From the human T2T-CHM13v2.0 reference genome, Homo sapiens: DNA of 64,000 nucleotides. Under the pieces are notes generated by a model. It was not told where the DNA came from, did no database searches, and saw only the letters and a program-made list of their open reading frames with translations. Of the stretch, positions 45,761 through 58,005 are shown one piece after another. Position 1 is the first letter of the stretch, and the number at the start of each line of letters is the position of its first letter. The stretch lies in the NCBI RefSeq assembly GCF_009914755.1, contig NC_060926.1. One strand, written 5' to 3'. A program made the translations under genes and the position numbers.

Positions 45761-47009
45761 TGCATAACATTTCTTAATAAAGATGAGGGATCAACTAGAT
45801 AAACAAATCATTGAAGTGGGATTGGTCACCATCATCAAAAATGACTCATTGGTGTATCACTGTGAGCAGAGGTGACTGATTCTGCGGGAAGCTTCTATTT
45901 CCCCAAACCCACAATGCAGTCATAGCCAGCTCTTTATTGTGTCTATCACTGACCACAACAAAAAAATGCAGCCACACAAAATTGACTCCAACTCCAGCAG
46001 CAGTAATATGCTGTGTGGAAGGTTTCTAAAGGAGCCAGAGAATGTACAGAAAATCTTGCAGCATGTACAGAAAAACTAAATTACATTTTTGCAACCCATG
46101 AGTCCCAGATCAGCTGTGTCTCTGAGATTGTCCTTGTGCTCTGTCCTGCCAGACAGAGCTGCCCCAGCCCCTCCTGCCTTTCCTGATCTTTCCCCTCTGT
46201 CCCTTCCCCATGCCCACCTATGTGCACATGATGGATCTTCTTTGAGATTCATTTTTCTAAGACACAGAGCTGATCATAAACATTCTTCCTTTTTATTGTA
46301 CACATTCAAGAAGAAAAATTAATTTTGTAAGCCACTCTTTTTTTAAAAAAATTCAAAGACAACTTTGTAGTAGAGCATGGAGACTTCCATTGTGTTTGTT
46401 CATTGGTGGTAGAAAGGGGCAGTAAGATAGGCACTGCCACCGCTGTGCATTCTGCTGTGGACACACGTCACTGAGGCTGGATGTGAGCTGTGCTGCTGGG
46501 CCCATGACAGGACAAGACTCTTCCCTTTAGCTGGAACCAGCCAGAAGATGATGCTTCCATTTCACATATGAATTTAGGCTTAAACGTTTGGTTTTCCCTC
46601 ACCTCTCCCCTTATCTTTCCCTGGGGAATGAATGACCCTGATGACAAAAAGAACCTCCTCCTCCTGTGATTACCCTAGTTTAACTCGGTGTTGACTTTTA
46701 TTGAATCTGTTTAAGAAATGCAGTGTGATCATGCATTTTACTGAACAGATTTTTATCCTCTTTTGTCCTTAAGGAAATAGTCACATCAGCTTAAGGAATG
46801 GAAAACATTCAATTAGCAAAATAAGTATGTAGGACAATATGAAGATCCTAGGGCTGACCCTAAATGCTTCACAGCACAGAGGTCTCTGAAGCTGGGGGTT
46901 TAGTAATGAAGGTAAGGTGGCTGAGTGTGAGCCAGGTACCAACACAAGCCCATCTGGCTCGCAGGACTTCTTGCCTCCTGTCTGCTCTTTGCAATCAGCA
47001 GTATAGGAA

Positions 47010-47790
47010 GTTGGTTAGGAGCAGAAATTCTGGAAGCAGACATTAAAATTCCAGCCCTACCACTAACTAGCTGTGTTACCTTTGGGGAGTTATTTAATTT
47101 ATCTGTACCTCAGTCCCTTCAATGATTAAATGAGGGCATAATAAATGTACCCGTGTTATAGGTAGTTTGTTGTTTATCGTTGCATAATAAATAAACAAAT
47201 TTAGTGGTTAAAAACAGCTGCAATCATGTTATCTTCTCTAACTATTGGTCGTCAGTTCAGGAAGGGCTCTGCTGGACAGCTCTAGCTCAGGGTCTCTCTT
47301 GGGACTGTGGCCAGACAGTGGCTGAAATGTGACAATGGCCGAAACTGAGGGTGGGTAGGTGGAGCAGCACAGTTGGGGCTGGGCATCTCTCTCCCCATGC
47401 AGACTGAGGCTTCATCCTATTTTCTCTCCAGTGGAGCTAGTTGTGCTTTCTCACAGCATGGCAACCTCAGGGCAGCTGGGCTGCTTATGTGGCAGCTGCA
47501 GGATTCAAGAAGGGGGCTTCCAGCAAACAAAGTAGAAGTAGTGTCATCTTTTATGGACCACACTGAGGAGTACCATAGTGTCACTTTCACCATATTCTAT
47601 TGACCATACAGTCACCACAGCCCCAAGTGCAAGGAAACATCAAAGTCTCACACTAAGAAGATCTATAGGGTGGGCAGCAATGTAGTGGTTATCTCTGCAG
47701 AGCACAACCTACCACAGTTGGGTTGTCAGGAAGTTTAAATGAGTTACTTCATGCAATCACTCAGAACTTCTGCCTGCACATAGTGATCCC
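47010..47790 (+). mobile_element. MIR split by an MLT1 LTR
   Basis: MIR core CCACTAACTAGCTGTGTTACCTTTGGG...CCTCAGT. It resumes at ~47717 with GTTGTCAGGAAGTTTAAATGAG. Confidence 0.7.
47163..47716 (-). mobile_element. Old MLT1 (MLT1H-like) LTR
   Basis: AAATTTAGTGGTTAAAAACA...TCACAGCATGGC...CACTTTCACCATATTCTATTG...ACAACCTACCACA. Confidence 0.65.
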
Positions 47791-49049
47791 CTGTGAAGCA
47801 TGAACCTTGCAAAGATGTGCAGCCAAATTGGCAAAACAGGGGCCAGCCGCCTATGAAAAAGCAACACGAAGACTCCCTTTCCTTCCTCTGTGGGCCAGGG
47901 AGCATCTGCTGCTGACTTAGCTCCAGAGAGGGCAGTGCCCATTACCGACCTCTGTGCTCAGGCTTGGGGCACCTTACCCAGGCATGCTGAGTCGACTGAG
48001 AGGAGGACACTGGCTGAATGGATAGAAAGTGGTTCCATGTGCTATTTGGGCCAGCCCTGTGGATTGCCTGTGCTGGGCTGAGAGCTAAAACAGGATTTGG
48101 TTGGAATTCCAGAGATGTAGACTTGAGGTTACCATCGGTCCCAGTGTGCTCACCTTAGCTGGGACCAGAGCTTCCTCCGGGTCTTCATGTGTGGCTGACC
48201 TCTGCATGGCTGCTGAGTCAGGTGAGCGGAGTCAGGTCTCAGCATTGCCGCTCTCTGGCCACAGAACCTGGGAAAAGTGAGTTTACCTGCTCATGGGACA
48301 TGAGCCCTGGACTTGGGCCGTTGCTCCTGGTATGGGCCCACCTGGGACATCGTAGGTCCTTGGTGATCCCACCATGCATACTGTGTGACCTATCCCCAAG
48401 TCGTCCTGGTTCTACTTTCAAACCTCACCGCTGTCTGCCCCCTCTCACTGCCTCTGCCTCCTGATTCTTGCCAGTTCTTTCTCACATTCTCACACCCGCC
48501 CCTCCCTCCTAACTGGCCTCCACCTCCGGAAGGTCCCTCCACTCCCCCTCTGCACTCCAGAGTGTGCCTTCATCTAAATGCCGTCCCCACCCCATTCCTC
48601 CCCTCCTTCAAGCCCTTCCTGGTTCTTGGCCTGCTCCAAGAGCCCAAAGGCTAGCCTAGCGTGCATTCCTTCTCCTTCAATACATGGCTTGTGATCCTGC
48701 TCCCGAGAAGCCTCCGCCTGCCTCCTACTACTCTGTTAAGCTGCCTGGACTTATTCAACATTAAACATTTCCCTGAAGGCTGCCTCACAGAGGATTGTCC
48801 TTACTGTTTACCTCTGTGACTCCCTCCTTGGCAGATGCGCCGGGTCATCCTTCCTCCCGCACCTGCACATACAGAGCCCCCGGACTGTGGAAATGTGCCA
48901 TGGGCATATGACTCTTGGAGGGACTGTCTGTCAGTGAACACCTGGGCTTAGACAAATCCCTAACCTTGGTTCCTCAGGTACTGCCTGAACCTGGAGGCAT
49001 GGTCAGGGAATGCCCAGAAAGCTGGTCACTCATCTCAGGGAGAGGCAGA

Positions 49050-49430
49050 GCACATAAAGGAACCACGGCCAGACTGGGCAATCCTGGAGCGTTGACCCAC
49101 AGTTCACAGCAGCTTGTCCAGGAAGCCAAACAACAACCTCTGTAGCCATTGACTCAGGGTGGTCAGGATTTAAACAATAACTGACAACTTCCCTAACTTT
49201 GCCCCTCTTCCAAATTAGGATCAACCAGAGAGAGCTAAATGTACACCCTCACCGATCCCATAGGCTGCCCGCCTGCGAGCCTCCATCAGGCACACCGCAG
49301 GCCTTCCTTTTTCCATATTATGAAGAGTCCCACTCCTCTGCCTGCCTTTGAGTCTCTGCCAAGCACAAGTGACCATGACCACCTCCCTTGCTACGATGAG
49401 CTCTGAAGAAGCAGCGTTTGCTCTTTCTCC
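49050..49430 (+). mobile_element. Old ERV1 LTR fragment (MER90/MER110-like)
   Basis: CCAGGAAGCCAAACAACAACCTCTG...CCCACTCCTCTGCCTGCCTTTGAGTCTCTGCCAAG...CTCCCTTGCTA. Confidence 0.55.
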
Positions 49431-51320
49431 GTACGCCACACCAGACTCCTGGAGGCTGAGGCAGGAAGCTGAGCTGTGAAGGCTGGAGGTGGTGATCCAG
49501 GTGAGCTGGATGTGTCAGTAGAAGAGTGAGGACTTAAGAGACTTATTTCAGTGAAGGACAGCGCATGTGCTCCTGCACACGCCTCATGGTTCATCCTCAT
49601 CTGCACCCATTGGCATAATGGGTGGCTGGGGGCGGGGAGGGGTGGTTGCTGGCAAAGAGGGGAGTAACTACTATTACAAATACAAAGAAATACAAAAAAG
49701 AAACATTTGTACATCTTCCGTATATCCTCACCAACCACTGTTAAAATGTTAGCATTTTTACTCACTCCCTTTAAATAAACATTATTTTCTTGTTTCCCTC
49801 AACACCATTATACTTATGAAGAAACTGACTAATGCACAAAAGTACAAAAATAGGTAAAATAATTTACCTCAAAGCCTACAACTTGGAAATAACTACCCTT
49901 AATGTAGGCAAATATCACATCAGATTTCTTTTTATGAGAAATACAGATGGAAGGTGAGATGGAGATAAAGATAAATGCATGGAGAGTCTTTAAAAAGTAG
50001 GCAACTGTACTCTAAATGTGTTTTTTATGTAAAGGTAATAACTGGTATATTTAGTTTCACTTGAATTTAACAGAAGAAAAAGTGGAGTTAAACTGAATAG
50101 TTATTCAAATACATGTTTCTTCACTACAAGAAATATTATTATTATATAACGTATCTAAGAATAAGAAAAGAAGCTGTGAAAATGTTAAGTGCTTGTGAGT
50201 CATGCTTTTATCTGTTTTGAGCTTAGACAGTTTCAACCTGGCACCTGCCATGAAAGAGGACAGAGCCCCTCACTCATTCTACTCAGCTTCCATCCTTGCA
50301 GCTCCTGATGTTAGTCCGTTATGATTTCTATGTGTGTCCCTGTTCATAATGTTCTGTTTCTGTTCTATAAACATCATTCCCACCACCCTTCAGTGTTGAT
50401 AAATGTGTAAGCTGCTCACAGTAGCTGGAGCCAGGACTTCAGTGTCCTGGTGTGCGGCTGTGTTCTGCATGGCTTCTGAGTTTGATGGACGGAAGTCAGG
50501 TGTGAGTGCTTCCACTCGCTGACCATAGAACCTGGGATAAAATGTTCCCCAGGTGCTCTTGCTGGTATGCAGAAGGAGGCATGTCCAAGAGGCTCATTGC
50601 AGACACGCCTGCAATTAAGTAAAAAACAAAATGAAACCTAAATGCTCATCATGAGAAACAAATACTTATGTTGTGGTATGTTCATACAATTAAGTATTAT
50701 ACAGATTTAAATGTATGATCTAGATCCACATGACTAATCTCGTAAAATAAAGCTGAGAGAAAGAAGCTTGGTGCAGAAAATTATAGTAAGCCATTTTTTT
50801 TGTGAATTTTATAAACACCCAGAAAAATATTGTATGCTGCCTATGAATTCATATACATGAGGTACAACTATCAAAACACTGACTCCAGAAGGCTGATTAC
50901 CCCAGGGGAGAGGGAGGAGGGCACGTATGGGATCTGGTGAGATGCAAAAGATGTTACCATGAAATTGGAAATGTTTTATTTGTCAAACAAAACACGAGTA
51001 CATGTGACAAGCATATCAACACTTGCTATATTAGGTACTCTGCTTTGTGCTTGTTTGAAATATTTCCTAAACAAACCTATGGAAGAAGAGAGGAGAGGAG
51101 AGGAAGCTGGCTGCTTCAGGAAGAAGACCCACTGCTCCCAGATTCCAGGTCTCTGCGTCGGCTCTCCTGTCCTCTCCTGCCCCATCTTTCTCCCCGTCCT
51201 GGCTCAAACCACACCTGTGCCCTCAGAACTGGGTTTTCTGTGCATTCACACGCAACTGCCTCTTGTACCCTCTGTCCTCCGCTCCCGCTGGGGCCTCTGA
51301 GTAACCTCGGGGAAGCTGAC

Positions 51321-52044
51321 TGCTACGGTTTGGATTTGTGTCCCCACCCAAATCTCATGTTCAATTGTTATCCTCAATGTTGGAGGTGGGGCCCAGTGGG
51401 AGGTGATGGATCATAGGGGTAGATCCTTCATGAATGGTTTAGCACAGGGTGTCCAATCTTTTGGCTTCTCTGGGCCACATTGGAAGAAGAATTGTCTTGG
51501 GCCACACATATTATAAAATACACTAACATTAATGATAGCTAATACATTAACATCAACATAACACCTGACAGGCTCTGGTGTATGATGTTCCCCTCCCTGT
51601 ATCCATGTGTTCTCATTGTTCAGCTCCCACTTATAAGTGAGAATATGCAGTGTTTGGTTTTCTGTTCCCGTGTTAATTTGCTGAGGTAATGCCTTCCAGA
51701 TCCAACCATGTCCCTGCAAAGGACATGTTCTTGTTCTTTTTGTGGCTGCATAGTATTCCATGGTGTACATGTACCACATTTTCTTTATCCAGTCTATCAT
51801 TGATGGGCATTTTGGTTGATTCTATGTCTTTGCTATTGTGAATAGTGCTGCAGTGAACATATGCGTGCATGTATCTTGATAATAGAATGATTTATATTCC
51901 TTTGGGTATATATCCAGTAATGGATTGCTGGGTCAAATATTATTTCTGGTTCTAGGTTTTTGAGGAATTGCCACACTGTCTTCCACAACGGTTGAACTAA
52001 TTTACATTCCCACCAATATAGCAATGCAAGAACAAACTGAGACA
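51321..52044 (+). mobile_element. MST LTR ends enclosing a half MER30 and an L1PA fragment
   Basis: MST 5' part 51321-51444, MER30 left half ~51445-51541, antisense L1PA piece ~51564-52016 and MST 3' end 52017-52044. TSD CTGAC. Confidence 0.8.
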
Positions 52045-52085
52045 CTGACCCTTCTGGCCAAGTGTTCTTACATCACCTCATTCTT

Positions 52086-52408
52086 TTCTGTTTTTTGTTT
52101 GTTTGTTTGTTTGTTTGTTTGTTTTTGAGATAGAGTCTCTCTTTGTTGCCCAGGCTGGAGTGCAGTGGCGCGATCTCGGCTCACTGCAAGCTCCGCCTCC
52201 CGGGTTCACGCCAATTCTCCTGCCTCAGCCTCCCGAGTAGCTGGGACTATAGGCGCCCGCCACCAGGCCCGGCTGATTTTTTGTATTTTTAGTGGAGATG
52301 GGGTTTCACCATGTTAGCCAGGATGGTCTCGATCTCCTGACCTTGTGATCCGCCCGCCTCGGCCTCCCAAAGTGCTGGGATTACAGGCGTGAGCCACTGC
52401 GCCTGGCC
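52086..52408 (-). mobile_element. AluY with (GTTT)n tail
   Basis: CpG-rich with GCAAGCTCCGCCTCCCGGGTTCACGCC. Flanked by CACCTCATTCTT. Confidence 0.93.
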
Positions 52409-52847
52409 TACCACCTCATTCTTATACTTGCTATCCCAGTCACCACAGCAGTTTATAACTGCCTGCACATATCTGTCCCAGTGGCTAGATAGAGGCCATG
52501 CTGAGAGCTGGGCTCCGGTCTGAGTTCTGTCTCTATCTACAAGTCAGTCTAGAAGCCAGTGGGGGGTGCAGGAAGTGTGTTTTGAGCTTAGCGGACCGAA
52601 CCTCAGGCATGTCACTGGTCATTCCCAGTCCCTGGCCAGTCACTGCTGGACCTTGGTGAAGGCAGGAGTCCACTACTGCTGAAGCCACCTCAGAGCCCCC
52701 ATCCCCAGGCCTGCTGCTGCGGAGTTGGGGTGCTCTTACAGTCACAGTCACACGCCCACAGGTGAAGGTGGGAAGGTGCTGCAACCAGAGCTGAACTGGT
52801 TTCCTCTCTTTTGAGGACTTCCCTCATTTTTGTTAGTTGTTGTTGTT

Positions 52848-53138
<291 letters not shown>

Positions 53139-53329
53139 AGTTGTTGTTGTTCTTAAGGGTTTTATTGATTTTTCAGCTTCTAAGAGGCTTACTGCAGTCA
53201 CCACCCCATCTGCTCCTTGCTTTCAGGGGCTCAATTAATTTTTTTTTTCCTGCTTCATGATTGAGAGACCACTCATTCCTGTGAGTCTCTGCTCTTCCTC
53301 AAGCAGCTTCCATGATCACATCATTGACT

Positions 53330-53480
53330 CTCCTGAGCATCTTGTGAAGTGTGTCACCATCATCTCCATTTCACAGATGAGCACATAGAGGCTCCAAGAG
53401 GCAGAATGACCCATGCAAAGTGACACAGCAAGCAGTAGGGCCAGAAGTACTCCCCAGGGAGGAGGGATTCCCAGCCAGAC
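53330..53480 (-). mobile_element. MIR fragment
   Basis: CCATTTCACAGATGAG...GAGGCTC...AAAGTGACACAGC. Confidence 0.6.
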
Positions 53481-55144
53481 CTCTGCTCCTTCTGCAGCTC
53501 CCCTGACCCCATCCTGACTCTTGTCCCCTCGGGCCAGTGGCCCCCCAACACTCTCGCTCTAGTTATTGTCAGGGACGGGACCAGCCCAGCAGACATGCCA
53601 ACAGTGATGTGTCTATACCAGCCTGGAGGAAAGACAGTGATAAGCAGCCTCATTACTCCGGGGCAATTGTACACAATTAACAGCTTTACTCATTTCACAT
53701 TCCTGCCCTTCTGATAGATGTGCCATTTTATATGCAGTTATTATTCCTGTATCAATACGAGATTGCTCCACTTTGAAGCAGAAGTAAAAAGCAGTGGGAG
53801 GGGTCACTGGGCCAAGCCATGACTGGCTGTCACCTGAGAAGGGCTGGATGCACTGCTGCCCCTAAGTCTTCATCAGGGAGCTGGTGTCACCGGGGCAGGG
53901 TGCCACAAAGATGGGATCATTAGCAAATTACAAAGCTAATGAAGGGCAAATTAATAAAATGCTGTAACATTTTATAAGCATCTGCACACAGCAACTTGTC
54001 ATACATCACGGGGAAATAATTGCCAGAGAGTTGTTTGGAATATACTCATTAAGTCTTCACAATACCAACTGGACAGCCTATCCCCCACGGAGCAGCCTGT
54101 TCAAAAGAGCTTCTATCTTTATCTCAGGCTCTGAGAAGCAGATTTCAGGCCGCAATCCCAGGCAGGCATCCAGCCTCACCTTGCGTGGTAGGATGGGCAT
54201 GTCTGGGGACATCATCTTATGAGCTGGAGGAGGAGAGAAATGCCCCACCCCCAGCAAAGGGCAGTGAACCATCAAATTGCAAAAATGTTGTATGTGTTAG
54301 AAGATAATTCCTTTTCTGCTCTTCCTTCCCGATACTTGTTTTTGAAGAAAAAGACAGTAAAAGCATTGTTGATGCCTGTGTGGACCACAGCACACCTGGC
54401 TGCTGCATCTGGATGATGCCCTGCAGCCCGTCATGCACACACCTTGGGAGTGATGATAGCAGTAGCACAGGCACAGCTATATGTCTTAACATAATTAGCA
54501 TTCCTGCCATGCAGTCTCATTAGGTCTGGATGTGCCTAGCTTAAATTTGGAACTCCTTTTGCAAATATTCTTGAGGTCTGTTCTTTGAAGGATGGCTAAT
54601 GCTAACAGAGTTGCAATCAGCCCAAAGGCCACCAGTTGCTGGTCTTCCTGTGGGGCCGGTGTAGGCAGATGCACCTGTCTGCAAAGCTGTCTCAGCGCTC
54701 CGGTGTCAGCCTCTTGAGGACACTGTGGGAAGGTTTGTGTCATGCTAGCTGGTTGTCCTGGGGGCTGGAAGGACATTCATGGTTACCAAGTAGGACAGAA
54801 AAGAAATGAGACAGAGGGGAAGAGGAGTTGCTGGGGGAGAGAGAGAGGAGGAAGGAAGAGAGAGAGAGAAGAGAGAGATTGAAGACAGGGCCTTGGGCTA
54901 TTGCTGTCACGTGGGATCAGAAGGAGGAGCACCAAACAGGCCCTGCCTGGACATGGAAATGGTCTGTGCAGTGAAAGATTCGGGGCTATGTCAGGGGTTA
55001 ATGGTGCAGCTGTTTCCATGGAGCCCCCAGATGGGGACTGGGGTAGAGGCAGGGGAGGCAGCTGCAGAGATGGCAGGCCCTGGTCAAGAGCAGAAGGCTG
55101 ACAAGTGGCAACTTCTCAGGGCTTCAGGTTATCAGGAAAGTTAG

Positions 55145-55530
55145 TGTTATGGGCTGAGTTTTGCTCCACCTAAATCCATATGTTAAAGTAGTAACCTCCA
55201 GAACCTCAGAATGTGACTGTTTGGAGCCAGGGCCTTTCAAGAGGTGATTAAAGTAAAATGAGTTCAGGAGGGTGGGCCCTAATGCAATCTTGCTAGTATC
55301 CTCATAAGAGAGGAGATGAGGACATGGACAGACACAGAGGGAAGACCACATGAGGACACGGGAGAAGACAGCCATTTGTAAACCAAGGAGAGAGGCCTCA
55401 GGGGATGCAACCCTACTGACACTTTGACCCTGGACTTCCAGCCTCCAGAATTGTGAGGAAGAGTTTGTGTTGTTTAAGAAGGCTCCCTGTCCATGGGGCT
55501 TTGCTATGGCAGCCCTTACAGATGAAGACA
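55145..55530 (+). mobile_element. MLT1A0-like MaLR LTR
   Basis: TGTTATGGGCTGA...CCTCAGAATGTGACTG...GGACTTCCAGCCTCCAGAATTGTGAG...GCAGCCC. Confidence 0.82.
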
Positions 55531-55849
55531 TTTGGGAAATAGGAGCTTGCAGGGTGGCCTTGATGAGCACTGGCTGAGGTTAAGATATCAGCAACACAAG
55601 CTTCCTCTGTCCTCCCTAGTCTTGGGCAAACATGGACTTAGGTAAGGAATTACCTAAACACTGCTAGGTCTTACACCAGCCCCCAGCCAACCAGCCCCTG
55701 TACTCCCCACAAAGGACCCACACATGCCCCATGAGCCAACCCCTAGGTGCCGCACACAAACTCACACCCACAGGCACTCGCCCCTTGACCCCGTTGGCCA
55801 CTGCAGACAGGATTCCCAGAGCCAGAGCTGAGCTGATTAACCTCTCCTC

Positions 55850-56110
55850 CTCCTCCCCATCTCCTCCCCTTCCCAGTGTCTGGTAACCACTATTTTACTC
55901 TCTGCTTCTATAATATCATTTTTTAGAAGATTCCATGTGTGAATGAAATCATGCAATATTTGTCATCCTGTAACTGGCTGATTTCACTTAACGTAAAGTC
56001 CTCCAGATCCATCCATGTTGTAGTAAATGACAGGCTTTCCTTCTTCTCTATGGCTGCATGGCATTCCACTGGGTCCATACACCACGTTTTCTTTATCCAT
56101 TCATCTGTTG
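55850..56110 (-). mobile_element. L1MA/PB 3' UTR fragment
   Basis: TCTGGTAACCACTATTTTACTCTCTGCTTCTA...TTCTTTATCCATTCATCTGTTG. Confidence 0.7.
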
Positions 56111-57164
56111 TAATGGGGTTCCAGATGGGAAGAGAGAAGAGTGCAACAGAATTCTCAGCAGCAAAGCAATGATTTCACTGGAGTAAATGATTTTTAAAAA
56201 GTCTGTGGAAACTGTTCTAAGGACATACAGCAAATGGAGAAATATTCATTAAACAATATTTACTATATTTGGTAACGGTAACCAGAATGTGTGGCATTTG
56301 AACCATCAGCCCCTTTCCCTGCAGCCCTCCCAGCTCTCATGGAAGCTGCCCTGGGGACTCCAGTCCATTGGATGCAGTGAAAAATCGGGGCTTCTTCTGT
56401 CTCCATCTCCTAGCTGGGAATATGTCCACATTGCAGGAGGAGCAGGCTGCTGATGCTTCTATTTTCCTCTGCCCCCATGTTGCAGAAGCTCTCTTCCAGG
56501 CAGGCACTGGCTCCCTCCCCTGCCCAGCCTCTATTCATAAGGTAGGAGCTCTACCTCAGGTGCGGCAAGCTGAGAATATGGGGACCCTGATCCTCTGTCC
56601 CATGTCACTCCTCATGAGGTGGAAGTTCCGTGCTTGGAGGGGAAAGACAAGAAGACCAGGGGCTCGCACTCCCAGTGTTTGTTCATATTACAGAAACACC
56701 AGGGTTTCAGTCTGGGTCCTGCTGCTCACCACACAGAAAACCAATCTCTGAGATGTTGAGTATTGCCAAGAAAGAAGGCTTTAATCAGGTGCTGCAGCCA
56801 AGGAGATGAGAGCTCAGTCTTAGGGGAGCTCAGTCTCAAATCCATCTCCCTGACCAACTAAAACTTCCACCTTATGAATAGAGGCTGGGCAGGAGAGGGA
56901 GCCAGTGCCTCCCTGGAAGAGAGCTTCTGCAACATGGGGCAGAGGCAAACAGAAGCATTGGCATGCTGCTCCTCTTGCAGTGCAGACATATTCCCAGCTG
57001 GGAGATGGAGACAGAAGGAGCCTCGATTTTTCACTGCATCCAATGGACTGGAGTCCCCAGGGCAGCTTCCATGAGAGCTGGGAGGGCTGCAGGGAAAGGG
57101 GCTGATGGCTCAAATGCCACACATTCTGGTCACCATTACTAAATATTTGTAACGAGGGATTTAC

Positions 57165-57416
57165 TGTATTAGTCCATTTTCATACTGCTATAAAGAACTG
57201 CCCAAGACTGGTAATTTATAAAAGAAAGAGGTTTAATTGACTCACAGTTCAGCATGGCTCAGGCCTCAGGAAACTTACAATCATGGCAGAAGGTGACAGG
57301 GAAGCAAGGCACCTTCTTTTTTTTATTATTATACTTTAAATTCTAGGGTACATGTGCACATGGGGATAACAATTCAAGAGGAGATTTGGATGGGGACACA
57401 AAGTCTAACCACATCA
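57165..57416 (-). mobile_element. THE1D-like LTR whose centre is replaced by an L1PA 3' tip
   Basis: TGTATTAGTCCATTTTCATACTGCTATAAAGAACTGCCC... and ...GGGGACACAAAGTCTAACCACATCA flank L1 tail sequence at 57318-57360. Confidence 0.82.
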
Positions 57417-57648
57417 GTTTATATAGCAGGGAAGAAATGTAACAATGTGTGGGAAAACAGGAACTAGGGAGGGGCAAGGAAGCAATCATGATGGATGAGT
57501 GGTCCAACATTCCACTGTTTGAATGTGGTGATCTGGTAAGTTTCAGTTCTTTGATATTTCTTTTGAGAGTCCTGAAGGTCATTTCCTGAAGAAGAAACTC
57601 AGATAAAACAAATAGTTTCAAGCTTTAAGACCGGAAGTGTCAATTTCT

Positions 57649-58005
57649 TTTTTTTTTTTTTCTCAGCAAGGCCATCTTTACTTTCTGCAGAAAGGATGCT
57701 CAATTGCAGATGGAACAATGGCGAGAGCACACTTGAACAAAAGAAAAGCAGATATATTTATCCCTTACACATTTGGGTCGTCCTTACTGCTGTGTCCTGC
57801 ATCTATTGGCTGGAGCAGGACCTCACAATCTTAAACTAATACCTGATTTGCTAATAGCCTACAACTTTCCTAATAGTTAAGTACAGGGAAGAACAAAGAA
57901 GTTGCTTACAAAGGTTTAAGGAGTTGCTAAAAAGGTTTAAGGAAGCAATAACATTTCCAAATAAGGAAGGGGCATAGGGTATGAGCTGGAACATGCCTGT
58001 GAGCA
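57649..58005 (-). mobile_element. Polyadenylated ERV1 LTR (U3-R) retrocopy, LTR6/LTR30-like
   Basis: On the minus strand: CCAAT box, GATAAATATAT, AGTAAA, then poly-A. 15-bp TSD GAAGTGTCAATTTCT. Confidence 0.75.

Noticed and set aside
56368-57122. Paired paralogous ORFs on opposite strands (MDAVKNRG...)
   Set aside because: A by-product of the inverted duplication, with no recognisable domain.
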